NCBI GenBank assembly: GCA_964513345.1
Contig: CAZELY010000002.1
Location: 13,578 to 77,577, forward strand
Source of the DNA: an uncultured Muribaculaceae bacterium
GTDB lineage: Bacteria > Bacillota_I > Bacilli_A > RF39 > UBA660
DNA: 64,000 nucleotides
Direction: 5' to 3'
The notes beneath the pieces were generated by a model. That model was not told the DNA's origin. It worked only from the letters and a program-made list of their open reading frames with translations, and ran no database searches. Numbering within the stretch: the stretch's first letter is position 1; each line of letters begins with the position of its first letter. A program made the translations under genes and the position numbers. Shown here piece after piece: positions 10,058 to 19,172 of this stretch.

Positions 10058-12361
10058 ATGACACAAACAAAAAAGAAATTAGAATCATTAACAGTCATTA
10101 AAAGAAATGGCAAGAAGGTAGAATGGAACGGCACCAAAGTGGCTGTAGCAATAAAAAAAGGCTTCGATAGTATTAAGACACCAGAAGATGAGCTTAAATA
10201 CACTGAAAAGGATATTAATAATGTTTATAATTCAGTAATAAAAAGAATAACAAAAGAATTTGTCGATAAAGATGCTGACAAAATTAAAATAGAACAAATT
10301 CAAGATTTAATCGAAGAGGAATTAAAAAACAAAGGCTATGAAGATGTTTATAAATCTTTTTCCGAATATAGAGAAAGAAGAAACACATCTAGACAAATGT
10401 TCTTTGGTGAAAAAAAGCAACATAAATTTTTAAAAGCTATTGAAAACTTAGGCTTAAAATCATCTTTAGAAGAAGATGGTAAAAGAGAAAATGCTAATGT
10501 CGATGGCGATACGGCGATGGGAACGATGCTTCAGTATGGTTCTACAGTATCAAAAGAATTTGCTAAATCATATTTAATGAAGCCAAAATTCGCTGAAGCT
10601 CATGATAGCGGTGATATTCATATTCATGACATGGATTTTATGCCAATGGGGACGACTACGTGTAACCAAATAGATTTAAGTAAATTATTTAGCGGTGGTT
10701 TTTCAACTGGACACGGTCATTTAAGAGAACCTAAAGATATAATGAGTTATGCAGCGTTAGCGGCTATTGCTATTCAATCTAACCAAAATGATCAACATGG
10801 TGGCCAAAGTGTTCCTGCTTTTGATTATTATATGGCACCAGGCGTGCTATGCACATTTAAAAAACAATTTAAACAAGCAGTTTGTGATTATATAGATTTT
10901 ATGGATTTAAATGATTACATTAATATGGATAAAATTGCTGCACATATCGATAAATTAAAATCAATCAAAGTTGATTTGGAAGAATTTAGTTCTTATTATA
11001 AAGAATCAGAACAATTAAAAAGAATGTTTGAAATAAGTTATGAAAAGGCTATGGCTAAAACCGATAGAACTACATATCAAGCCATGGAAGCATTTATTCA
11101 CAACTTAAATACTATGCATTCGCGCGCAGGAGCTCAAGTTCCATTTTCGTCAATAAATTTTGGGACTGATATTTCTCCTGAAGGACGCATGGTTATGGAA
11201 AATTATTTAAAAGCAACAGATGCTGGACTTGGACATCATGAAATACCAATTTTCCCAATTTCTATTTTTAAGGTTAAGGAAGGCGTTAACTATAATCCGG
11301 GGGATCCAAATTATGACTTATTTAAATTAGCGTGTGAAGTTTCAGCAAAGAGATTGTTCCCTAACTTTTCATTTATTGATGCGCCATTCAATATTTCTGA
11401 GTATGATCCAAATGATTTTCGTACAGAAGTTGGTTATATGGGATGCCGCACGCGTGTTTTAGTTGATGTCCACGGACCTTCTATTACGCCAGGAAGAGGT
11501 AATTTATCTTTTACTACCATAAATTTACCAAGGCTTGGTATTAAACATGGAATTGTTAGTGGAAAAACCGATTTAAAAGGTTTCTTTGATGAATTAGAAG
11601 AAAAGTTAGAACTTGTTAAAGATCAATTATTAGAAAGATTTGATATTCAATGTTCAAAACACGTTTATAATTTTCCGTTTTTATTAGGACAAGGCGTTTG
11701 GATGAACAGTGAAAAATTAGGCCTAAATGATAGACTTAGAAAAGTTTTGAAACATGGAACTTTAACTATCGGTTTTATTGGTCTTGCTGAATGTTTGAAA
11801 GCTTTAATCGGCAAACATCAAGGTGAAAGCGAAGAAGCTCAAAAACTAGGTTTAAAAATAGTTGAATTTATGCGCAAAAAAACAAATGAATTTACAAAAC
11901 AACACAATTTAAATATTACTCTAATTGCGACACCTGCTGAAGGTTTATCAGGAAGATTTACAAATATAGATAAGGCTATTTATGGAAAAATAAAAGGTGT
12001 TACAGATAGAGAATATTATACAAATTCATTCCATGTGCCAGTTTATTACAATATATCAGTAGCTAAAAAGTTGAAAATAGAAGGACCATATCATGCGCTT
12101 ACTAATGGTGGCCATATTAGTTATGTTGAACTAGATGGTGATACAGCTATGAACGTTGAGGCTTTTGAAAAAATTGTTAGACTAATGCACGATAATGGAA
12201 TTGGCTATGGAGCCATTAATCATCCGGTTGATCGTGATCCAGTGTGTGGATATACCGGTGTAATCGGGGATACATGCCCAGGTTGTGGCCGTAAAGAGGG
12301 TGAAGGTGTTCCTATTGAAAGAGTTAAAAACGCAAGTTTAAGTACTTGGGGTGGAAGATAA
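10058..12361 (+). CDS. nrdD: anaerobic ribonucleoside-triphosphate reductase, large polypeptide lacking the glycyl-radical motif
   Basis: N-terminal ATP-cone (VIKRNGKKVEWNGTKVAVAIKKG), an NrdD core and a C-terminal Zn-Cys cluster (CGYTGVIGDTCPGCG). It ends GEGVPIERVKNASLSTWGGR with no RxxGY motif. Confidence 0.9.
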   Translation: MTQTKKKLESLTVIKRNGKKVEWNGTKVAVAIKKGFDSIKTPEDELKYTEKDINNVYNSVIKRITKEFVDKDADKIKIEQIQDLIEEELKNKGYEDVYKSFSEYRERRNTSRQMFFGEKKQHKFLKAIENLGLKSSLEEDGKRENANVDGDTAMGTMLQYGSTVSKEFAKSYLMKPKFAEAHDSGDIHIHDMDFMPMGTTTCNQIDLSKLFSGGFSTGHGHLREPKDIMSYAALAAIAIQSNQNDQHGGQSVPAFDYYMAPGVLCTFKKQFKQAVCDYIDFMDLNDYINMDKIAAHIDKLKSIKVDLEEFSSYYKESEQLKRMFEISYEKAMAKTDRTTYQAMEAFIHNLNTMHSRAGAQVPFSSINFGTDISPEGRMVMENYLKATDAGLGHHEIPIFPISIFKVKEGVNYNPGDPNYDLFKLACEVSAKRLFPNFSFIDAPFNISEYDPNDFRTEVGYMGCRTRVLVDVHGPSITPGRGNLSFTTINLPRLGIKHGIVSGKTDLKGFFDELEEKLELVKDQLLERFDIQCSKHVYNFPFLLGQGVWMNSEKLGLNDRLRKVLKHGTLTIGFIGLAECLKALIGKHQGESEEAQKLGLKIVEFMRKKTNEFTKQHNLNITLIATPAEGLSGRFTNIDKAIYGKIKGVTDREYYTNSFHVPVYYNISVAKKLKIEGPYHALTNGGHISYVELDGDTAMNVEAFEKIVRLMHDNGIGYGAINHPVDRDPVCGYTGVIGDTCPGCGRKEGEGVPIERVKNASLSTWGGR

Positions 12362-12373
12362 GGAGGAAAAAAT

Positions 12374-12529
12374 ATGAAAGCAGATGAAAAGAAAATAGGC
12401 GAAGGCGTTAAATTTGAACGAATCAGAAGAATTACAGGATATCTTGTAGGTACTACTGACAGATTTAACAATGGTAAAAGAGCCGAAGAACGTGATAGAG
12501 TAAAACACAGCATTAAAGATGTGAAATAA
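12374..12529 (+). CDS. stand-alone NrdD glycyl-radical domain (51 aa), not in supplied ORF track
   Basis: My own translation is MKADEKKIGEGVKFERIRRITGYLVGTTDRFNNGKRAEERDRVKHSIKDVK. It contains the class III RNR glycyl-radical signature RRITGY. An AGGAGG RBS lies 7 nt upstream, and its stop overlaps the nrdG ATG (TAATG). Confidence 0.8.
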   Translation: MKADEKKIGEGVKFERIRRITGYLVGTTDRFNNGKRAEERDRVKHSIKDVK

Positions 12530-13080
12530 TGAAAATACGTTTAGCAAGTGATCTTCAAACAGACAGTATTGTCGATGGTGAAGGAATTCGAACTGTTATT
12601 TGGACGCAAGGGTGTTCTCATAACTGCAAGGGTTGCCACAATCCTTCAACCCATGACTTTAAAGGTGGTTTTGAGGTTGATGTGGAAGAAATCATCGATG
12701 ATTTATCACGTTTAGAAGGTCAATCAGGAATTACTTTTTCTGGCGGTGATCCGATGTTTCAAACAGAAGCTTGCACGCTAATCGCCAAAGAAGCCAAGAA
12801 ATTAGGTTTAGATATTTGGTGCTATACAGGATTTAGATTTGAAGAATTAGTTAGCATGCCAAAATTTAAAAACTTTTTAAAGGAAATTGATGTTTTAGTC
12901 GACGGAAAATTTATTGAAGAAGAAAAAAGTTTTAATTTAGACTTTAGAGGGTCACGTAATCAGAGAATTATCGATGTGAGGGAAAGTCTAAAACAAGGTG
13001 TCGTTGTTTTAGTTCCTAAATATCAAGGCGAAAGAATTGTCGATGTTAGTGTTTATCACAGGAAACATGTTTATGTATGA
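12529..13080 (+). CDS. nrdG: anaerobic ribonucleotide reductase activating protein (radical SAM)
   Basis: Carries the CSHNCKGCHN radical-SAM cluster motif (CX3CX2C) and GITFSGGDP. It lies immediately downstream of nrdD. Confidence 0.9.
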   Translation: MKIRLASDLQTDSIVDGEGIRTVIWTQGCSHNCKGCHNPSTHDFKGGFEVDVEEIIDDLSRLEGQSGITFSGGDPMFQTEACTLIAKEAKKLGLDIWCYTGFRFEELVSMPKFKNFLKEIDVLVDGKFIEEEKSFNLDFRGSRNQRIIDVRESLKQGVVVLVPKYQGERIVDVSVYHRKHVYV

Positions 13081-13110
13081 AACTATTTTTGCAAAAAAAT
13101 AGTTTTTTTG
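13081..13110 (+). terminator. AT-rich hairpin/terminator after nrdG
   Basis: AACTATTTTT (13081-13090) pairs with AAAAATAGTT (13095-13104), followed by a T-run. The stem is weak because it is entirely A/T. Confidence 0.45.
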
Positions 13111-13178
13111 TTGCAAAAAATGCTTCCTTTTTATTTGTTTTATGATATAATTAAATATGATAGGGAAGGGGCGTTCAC

Positions 13179-14783
13179 ATGATACTTAGAAAGCCATATG
13201 CATTTTTTATCAAGTACTTTAGAGTCATCAACTTAATTATGGCTGTTTTTATGGCAGTTCTTCTTTATCGCACACTTAAAATTGGGAATTATTTAACAAG
13301 TTATATAAAAGATTACATCATGGCTAGTGATGGATTCGTACTAGGCCAATATGTTAATTTTTATATTTATTTACTCACTTTTTTTGTTATTATTTTGTCA
13401 GTTTCAGTATTGTCAGTAATGATAGTAAAGAAGAAACCAAAGAAATTATATATTTTCAATTTGGCTATGTATATAGTTCTGTTAATCTTGTATATTGTTG
13501 ACTACAACGTCATGTTTGATATTTATGATAAAGTTTTAGATGTTCGTATATCAAAAGCATTGCGTGATGCTAATTACATAATTGTGGCTATGCAGGCTAT
13601 TAGCTTTATCATGACAGTGATAAGAGCTACGGGCTTTGATATCAAAGGTTTTGACTTTAACAAGGATTTACAAGAATTAGAAATTAACGTAAAAGATAAT
13701 GAGGAGTTTGAAGTCGCTGTTGAATTTGATCAAAACAAGCTTAAAAGAGGTTTGAGAAACAAATTCAGACAAGTTAAATATTTCTATTCTGATTATAAAT
13801 TTTTTATAAACATTGCTGCAGCTGCATTAATTGCTATTATAATTTTTAGTGCAATTATTACTGCTAGCATGTATAGCAAAAATTATAGTCAGAACAAGAT
13901 TTTTACTGCTAGCACACTGCAATTTAATATTAGAAATTCATATTTGACAACAACGGATCTATATGGCAAAACCATAGCGGATGATTATACATTAGTAGTT
14001 GTAAATTTTGATGTGCGAAAACTTTCGGATGACAAGAAAAAACTAAACACGGGGCTAATTACATTGAAAGTAGGGAAGAAATCTTATGGTCAAACAACCA
14101 AGTATAATGACTATTTGACTGACATAGGCGTACCTTACACTAATCAGAAACTAAACAATGAATTTGATAATTATATTTTAATCTTTTCAATTCCTAATAC
14201 TGAAGCCAAAAAAACTAAGAGATTGAAAATTAATGACAACATTAGTTATGTTAGGGGTCAAATGGGTGCGAAAAACAATTATGTTAAATTAAAAACAATT
14301 GATCTAACTAAAAAAGAAGATTTGATTCAAAATAAGATAAAAGATGAAGTTAGTTTTTCTGGCAGTTTATTAGGAGAAACCAATTTAACAATAAACAGCT
14401 ACGAAGTGGCCAATAAATTTAAATCTGAATATGAATTTTGCTCAAAAAAAGATAAATGCGTAACCTCTTATGAATATATTACACCGACGGCTACAGGCAA
14501 TTATTTTAAGACCTTACTTAAGCTGGATGGTGAATTTGAAGTGGATGAAAATACAAACTTGGAAATTGGTGATATGTTTTATTTTGTTAATGAATTTGCC
14601 AGTATTTATTATCAAATTGATGGTGTTTGGCATAATCATAAAATCAATTCGCAAAGGATTAAGCCAAAAATGAGCATAAATGATGTTACTTATATAGAAG
14701 TAAACAAAGATGTTGAAAAAGCTGATTCTATTTATTTATTATTTAATGTAAGAAATTATACTTACAAGTATGTTTTGAAATAA
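13179..14783 (+). CDS. membrane protein (about 5 N-terminal TM helices plus a large extracytoplasmic domain), first gene of the accessory cluster
   Basis: 534-aa ORF with an RBS (GGGAAGGGG). An extended -10, TATGATATAAT, lies at 13141-13151. I recognise no catalytic motif. Confidence 0.55.
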   Translation: MILRKPYAFFIKYFRVINLIMAVFMAVLLYRTLKIGNYLTSYIKDYIMASDGFVLGQYVNFYIYLLTFFVIILSVSVLSVMIVKKKPKKLYIFNLAMYIVLLILYIVDYNVMFDIYDKVLDVRISKALRDANYIIVAMQAISFIMTVIRATGFDIKGFDFNKDLQELEINVKDNEEFEVAVEFDQNKLKRGLRNKFRQVKYFYSDYKFFINIAAAALIAIIIFSAIITASMYSKNYSQNKIFTASTLQFNIRNSYLTTTDLYGKTIADDYTLVVVNFDVRKLSDDKKKLNTGLITLKVGKKSYGQTTKYNDYLTDIGVPYTNQKLNNEFDNYILIFSIPNTEAKKTKRLKINDNISYVRGQMGAKNNYVKLKTIDLTKKEDLIQNKIKDEVSFSGSLLGETNLTINSYEVANKFKSEYEFCSKKDKCVTSYEYITPTATGNYFKTLLKLDGEFEVDENTNLEIGDMFYFVNEFASIYYQIDGVWHNHKINSQRIKPKMSINDVTYIEVNKDVEKADSIYLLFNVRNYTYKYVLK

Positions 14784-14815
14784 AAATATGTTATAATAGG
14801 AAAGGAGGCTAAGCC

Positions 14816-15451
14816 TTGAAATCAAAAATTAAATATTTGTTAATAGTGTTGGGGTTTATGCTAACTTTCCCTTTAAATGTACATGCATCATGTGATTATG
14901 AAAGACAAGCTGAGCTTTCTAGAATAGCTTCTAATGTTCAGATAAATTATAGCTATGAAGTTGGCTGGGGTGCTGGTGCATTTTTTACAGCATATATAAC
15001 AAATGTTACTAACGACATATATATTACTGACAATTATGCGCATCGCTTCAGTGGAAATAAAGAGGGTTCTGCTTCTTATTTAGCTGGTAGCAAAGTTGAA
15101 TATACAATATATTCAAATGATAGTTCCTGTTACGGAGAAAAAATTGTAACGCAATATTTAGATATACCACACTATAATTCATATTCACAAAGCGATGATT
15201 GTAAGGAAAATCCGAATTTTAAATATTGTCAATTGTGGGATTATGTAATTGTTGATACGGCACAATTTAAAGAGGAACTAGAAAAATATAAGCAAGCAAA
15301 ACAAAGTGACGAACAAGGCGAAGAAGAAACAATAGGCGTTTTTGAACAAATAAAAAGCTTTATTGTTCAAAACTATGTTTACATTTTAATAGCGGTTGCT
15401 ACCTTAGGCGTTTTCATCATTGGATTTAAAATATATAGGAGGAGGCATTAA
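14816..15451 (+). CDS. secreted/type-I membrane-anchored protein, unknown function (TTG start)
   Basis: AAGGAGG RBS 7 nt upstream of the TTG. Signal peptide ...FPLNVHA/S, an acidic stretch, a C-terminal TM (YVYILIAVATLGVFIIGFKIY) and an RRRH tail. Confidence 0.55.
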   Translation: MKSKIKYLLIVLGFMLTFPLNVHASCDYERQAELSRIASNVQINYSYEVGWGAGAFFTAYITNVTNDIYITDNYAHRFSGNKEGSASYLAGSKVEYTIYSNDSSCYGEKIVTQYLDIPHYNSYSQSDDCKENPNFKYCQLWDYVIVDTAQFKEELEKYKQAKQSDEQGEEETIGVFEQIKSFIVQNYVYILIAVATLGVFIIGFKIYRRRH

Positions 15452-15452
15452 G

Positions 15453-18400
15453 ATGAAATATTTAAAAACTATATTCTTATCATGTTGCTTTTTGCTGCTT
15501 TTCACCATTGGTTCTGGTAATGCAAAAGCATATTGGGTAGAACATTCTGGAGCTGGTTCAACCAGCAGCTCTGGCTGGTCTAGTTATGGTGGCGGTTTTA
15601 GCGCCTATGTGTATGGCGTCAGAGCTACTTTGGTTGATAAGAATGGCGACAGATTAGGGTTTACACTACGAGATGGTCAACAACTTGTTAGTGATAGTAG
15701 AGATTTTTTTGACAAAAATGGTGGCACTAGCTTAAGTTTTTGTCAATCTGATACGCTCTGTGGAATTGATACTTGGAATTTTCATTCTCGTTGTACAAAG
15801 TCAAACGGGGAAAAAACTCTTTGTTACAAAAAGGATACGGCAGGGTCTTCTATGGAATTCGTTAATGATGGTTACTATGATGACCACTGGCACTATATTC
15901 AAAATTGGATGCCTAATTTGTGGATAGGAAATTATATTAAAAGTGGGTTCAGCGTTTCTGGCCAATTTAGCAAATTAGCTGAAGAAAAATATCGTGGTGA
16001 CCTTGAAAGTCTTTTCAAACGATTAATGGGGGAACCTTTGGAAACAATATTGAAGCAAAGTGGCGGGCATTGTAAAGAAAATAAGCAACAATTGGAAGAA
16101 GCATATCTTGTTTATGAAATTTTAACGTTCATGGGTTCTGATTATCCTAGCCCATTTGCTCAATATGATGATCCTAGATATTATGGTTTGGTTGGAACTG
16201 CCTCTGAGTTTTCAACATATTTTCCAAAAACAACCGGCAATCCTTGCTGGGAATGGCTGCCAAATCTAGATAGAGCTTTGTATATACCAATAAATCCTGG
16301 AAGCCTTGGTAATAATTACTTTTATGCACCACCGGAATGGGTGCCATATTCTAATTGTGGTTGGGGGTTTGCTAATGAGGCTGCAGATTCACACAAAGGA
16401 CATTTTATGGGAATTTTACATCTAACCTCATTACCTGAAGCTCACGAGCATGATTGGAGCTGTGATTGGAATTATAACATAGACGCTGCTTGTGATAATG
16501 ACAATTGTGACGCAATAACTAAAGATGGATCTTATTATATTCAGGATACGAACAACTGGGAAGCAATTGAAAAAAGTGTAGAATCTGATCTTCCTAATGT
16601 AAAAAGTTACTATAAAAAGACTTATGGTAATTGTACACTTTTCTGTAGAGAAGAATATAAAATTAAATTTCCAAACAAACAAAACTTTGTAACATTTAAT
16701 AATGAAACGGTTTTTAATGTGTCGACAGGTCGTTATTTTACAATAAATTTACCTGGCCAGCTGGCAGAAAATGGTATAGCTAATTTTGGACCTATATCTA
16801 TTGAAAAAATAAGACAATGTAAAACAACAGGCGATGCTAGCTGCTTGGATAATTTTGCCAAAAACGTTGGTGTAGGGCAAATGGGTACGATTCATTTGGA
16901 TTATAAAGAAACTAAAGGCAAACAATATAGCGTTTCTAAAGATCTTGTCGCCGATGGCAGTCGAACAAAAGTAGAAAAACCTACAAAAAGCAATAATATA
17001 ATTACTATGAAAAAAACCGAATATTATGTTTTGCCGGATAATGTATACCGATATTATAAGAATGGTACAGGAGAACCGGTTAATGGTAATTTTGCTGGCA
17101 ACAACAGCTATCAAGATTATTTGACATCGACTATTCCAGTTTCATTTAATAATACTCCTAGCAAAGGAGACAGACTTGGTGGCAATATAACTCTTACTTA
17201 CAAGATGGCAAGTAATGATTCTTATAGTAAAATGAATAAGGCATTTGCAAATCCCGATTACTTTCAAAATCGTGTAGGGTCTGAAAATGTTTACAAAAAG
17301 TATATTGATAAAAAAATTACAGAAGATGTAGATAAGAACGAGATTGCGAAGAGCTCGTGTGCTAAATTGTATGGCTATAGTGATTCTGCTTCTAGTAAAT
17401 TTTATAAGTGTGCACAATCAAGGCAAACAGATCCTACAAGCGAGTGCTATAAATCAATAACAGGTGCATATGTTTGTAAAGATTATACATGTGACTATGG
17501 TTATCCTGTTTGTCCTGATGGAACTTGCCCAGATAAGGAGGGTATCTGTCTAAATGGAGATAGTTGTACTAATCTAGGTGGAAATAAATGCCTTGTTACA
17601 ACGTGGTCAAACAAATCAGGAACTCAAACAAAAAAAGAGACAACATTTGCTTGTAATGATGATTATATACAAAATAAATACCCTGGGTGCAGTGGGTCAA
17701 CCAAGTGTCGTCTTGATTTGGCGACTAAAAAGTGTATTGTAGGTGGCAAAAAATATAATTGTGATGCAGAAAACAACAATGTAGATTCATACATCAAAAC
17801 AAATTATCCAACGTGTCCAAACACTAAAGGTGATTGCGAAATGGTTAAAACGTCAAAGACAAAGACTGTTAAAATCAATGGTGTAACAAAAACACTACCG
17901 GTATTTGAACATTTTAAAAACGGAAGACCGATTACTGAAGCTATTTATGATACGGACTGCACATGTAAAATATTAAGCAGTGATGAATTTCTTGATAGCA
18001 AGGGTGTATTAATTTATAGTTATAAACAATACCTTAAAGAATGTCAGCCTTGTCAAATAGTTACGACAAGTGACGGTGATTTAATATATTATGATAAAAA
18101 TAGACAAGCAGTTACATATACTGAATTCAAAAAACAATGTGGTAATTGCCCACCACCAGGATGTCCTAATCCTGGCTGTGCACCAGAGGATGAATGCCCT
18201 TGTGAAGGTGATGATTGTATAAATGGTGATCCATGTATTAAGTGTCCTAGTGGAGCATGCCCAATGCCTGGTGGGGTTTGTCCAGGAACAGGAAGGGAGA
18301 TTATTTATCGACCAATAGATTTAGACAATCCATTCCCAGGAATTGGCGGTTCATCTAGCAAGAGCCGTGAAACTGGTACTAACTGGTGTGAAAAAGATTT

Positions 18401-18725
18401 GACGAAAAATGTGTTACATTGTAGTGCTAGCACAAGTACAACACCTAATAAAGGAAATAAAGTTGTTCAAACGCAAATAACAAACAATAGGAAAGTTAAG
18501 ACTTATGAAGTATATACGAGAAGCCCATTGTATGAAGTTACTATTGATGCCAATGCTATCAAAACTATCCAAGACTATAATAAGAAACATCCATATGATG
18601 ATTGGAATATTACTTGTAAGGGAATTTCTGATTGTTCAAGTACCTTCTTGAAAAAGATAGGTGTTACAGGCGATTGCATGAAAAATTCAAAAACTTGTGC
18701 AGAATCAAAAGGGGGCGACGCTTAG
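15453..18725 (+). CDS. giant cysteine-rich secreted protein (about 1090 aa)
   Basis: I prefer the ATG at 15453, preceded by AGGAGGAGG, over the track start at 15420. Signal peptide MKYLKTIFLSCCFLLLFTIGSGNAKA. I hand-count about 55-60 Cys, including CPPPGCPNPGCAPEDECPCEGDDCINGDPCIKCPSGACPMPGGVCPG. Confidence 0.7.
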   Translation: MKYLKTIFLSCCFLLLFTIGSGNAKAYWVEHSGAGSTSSSGWSSYGGGFSAYVYGVRATLVDKNGDRLGFTLRDGQQLVSDSRDFFDKNGGTSLSFCQSDTLCGIDTWNFHSRCTKSNGEKTLCYKKDTAGSSMEFVNDGYYDDHWHYIQNWMPNLWIGNYIKSGFSVSGQFSKLAEEKYRGDLESLFKRLMGEPLETILKQSGGHCKENKQQLEEAYLVYEILTFMGSDYPSPFAQYDDPRYYGLVGTASEFSTYFPKTTGNPCWEWLPNLDRALYIPINPGSLGNNYFYAPPEWVPYSNCGWGFANEAADSHKGHFMGILHLTSLPEAHEHDWSCDWNYNIDAACDNDNCDAITKDGSYYIQDTNNWEAIEKSVESDLPNVKSYYKKTYGNCTLFCREEYKIKFPNKQNFVTFNNETVFNVSTGRYFTINLPGQLAENGIANFGPISIEKIRQCKTTGDASCLDNFAKNVGVGQMGTIHLDYKETKGKQYSVSKDLVADGSRTKVEKPTKSNNIITMKKTEYYVLPDNVYRYYKNGTGEPVNGNFAGNNSYQDYLTSTIPVSFNNTPSKGDRLGGNITLTYKMASNDSYSKMNKAFANPDYFQNRVGSENVYKKYIDKKITEDVDKNEIAKSSCAKLYGYSDSASSKFYKCAQSRQTDPTSECYKSITGAYVCKDYTCDYGYPVCPDGTCPDKEGICLNGDSCTNLGGNKCLVTTWSNKSGTQTKKETTFACNDDYIQNKYPGCSGSTKCRLDLATKKCIVGGKKYNCDAENNNVDSYIKTNYPTCPNTKGDCEMVKTSKTKTVKINGVTKTLPVFEHFKNGRPITEAIYDTDCTCKILSSDEFLDSKGVLIYSYKQYLKECQPCQIVTTSDGDLIYYDKNRQAVTYTEFKKQCGNCPPPGCPNPGCAPEDECPCEGDDCINGDPCIKCPSGACPMPGGVCPGTGREIIYRPIDLDNPFPGIGGSSSKSRETGTNWCEKDLTKNVLHCSASTSTTPNKGNKVVQTQITNNRKVKTYEVYTRSPLYEVTIDANAIKTIQDYNKKHPYDDWNITCKGISDCSSTFLKKIGVTGDCMKNSKTCAESKGGDA

Positions 18726-19148
18726 ATGAATAGAGCAATTTGGGGTGTTTTTGTAATAATGCTTGGAGTCACGGGAATTATTTTCATTACCTTGTTTCAA
18801 ACTATTACAAATAATGATGAACACAATTCACAAAAACTAAAAGAAGTAACTGAGGCTGCCATGTGGGATGCTGTAGATTATACTAAGTATCGTGCAAAAG
18901 GCTTAGTTACAATTAATAAGGAAAAATTTGCTGAAAATTTCATTCGTCGATTTGGTGAGGTTGCCAACAAATCTAATACATATAGAATTAGATTCTATGA
19001 TGTTAATGAAACGCCACCAAAGGTAAGTGTGGAAATCACAAGTACTATTGGTACGGGCTCACTTAGGGCCACAGTTAATGATGATGATATGGTTGATTCT
19101 ATTAGGACTAACCACAGAATAGATGCAATTTTGGAAACACCATATTAA
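18726..19148 (+). CDS. prepilin-like / pseudopilin-like small protein
   Basis: 140 aa. The N-terminus MNRAIWG/VFVIMLGVTGIIFITLF is a short leader ending in Gly followed by a hydrophobic helix. The start abuts the stop of the giant gene. Confidence 0.45.
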   Translation: MNRAIWGVFVIMLGVTGIIFITLFQTITNNDEHNSQKLKEVTEAAMWDAVDYTKYRAKGLVTINKEKFAENFIRRFGEVANKSNTYRIRFYDVNETPPKVSVEITSTIGTGSLRATVNDDDMVDSIRTNHRIDAILETPY

Positions 19149-19172
19149 AGAAATAAAAAGGAGGAAAAAAAT

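Noticed and set aside
12220-12547. Minus-strand ORFs 12220-12513 and 12338-12547 overlap the nrdD 3-prime end.
   Set aside because: The + strand here encodes the NrdD tail and the 51-aa RRITGY peptide, which has a strong RBS and recognisable motifs. The antisense translations show no motifs.
16431-17417. Three minus-strand ORFs (16431-16682, 16749-17114, 17142-17417), plus many similar 60-135 aa antisense or alternate-frame ORFs elsewhere in the track. Examples are 1229-1453, 2726-3325, 5177-5429, 7033-7263, 25144-25395, 26805-27550, 42383-43057, 49986-50252 and 53724-54080.
   Set aside because: - They lie wholly inside strongly supported genes on the other strand or in another frame.
- Their translations are low-complexity and Ile/Phe/Leu/Ser-rich, as expected from reading AT-rich coding DNA out of frame.
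- They lack convincing RBSs.
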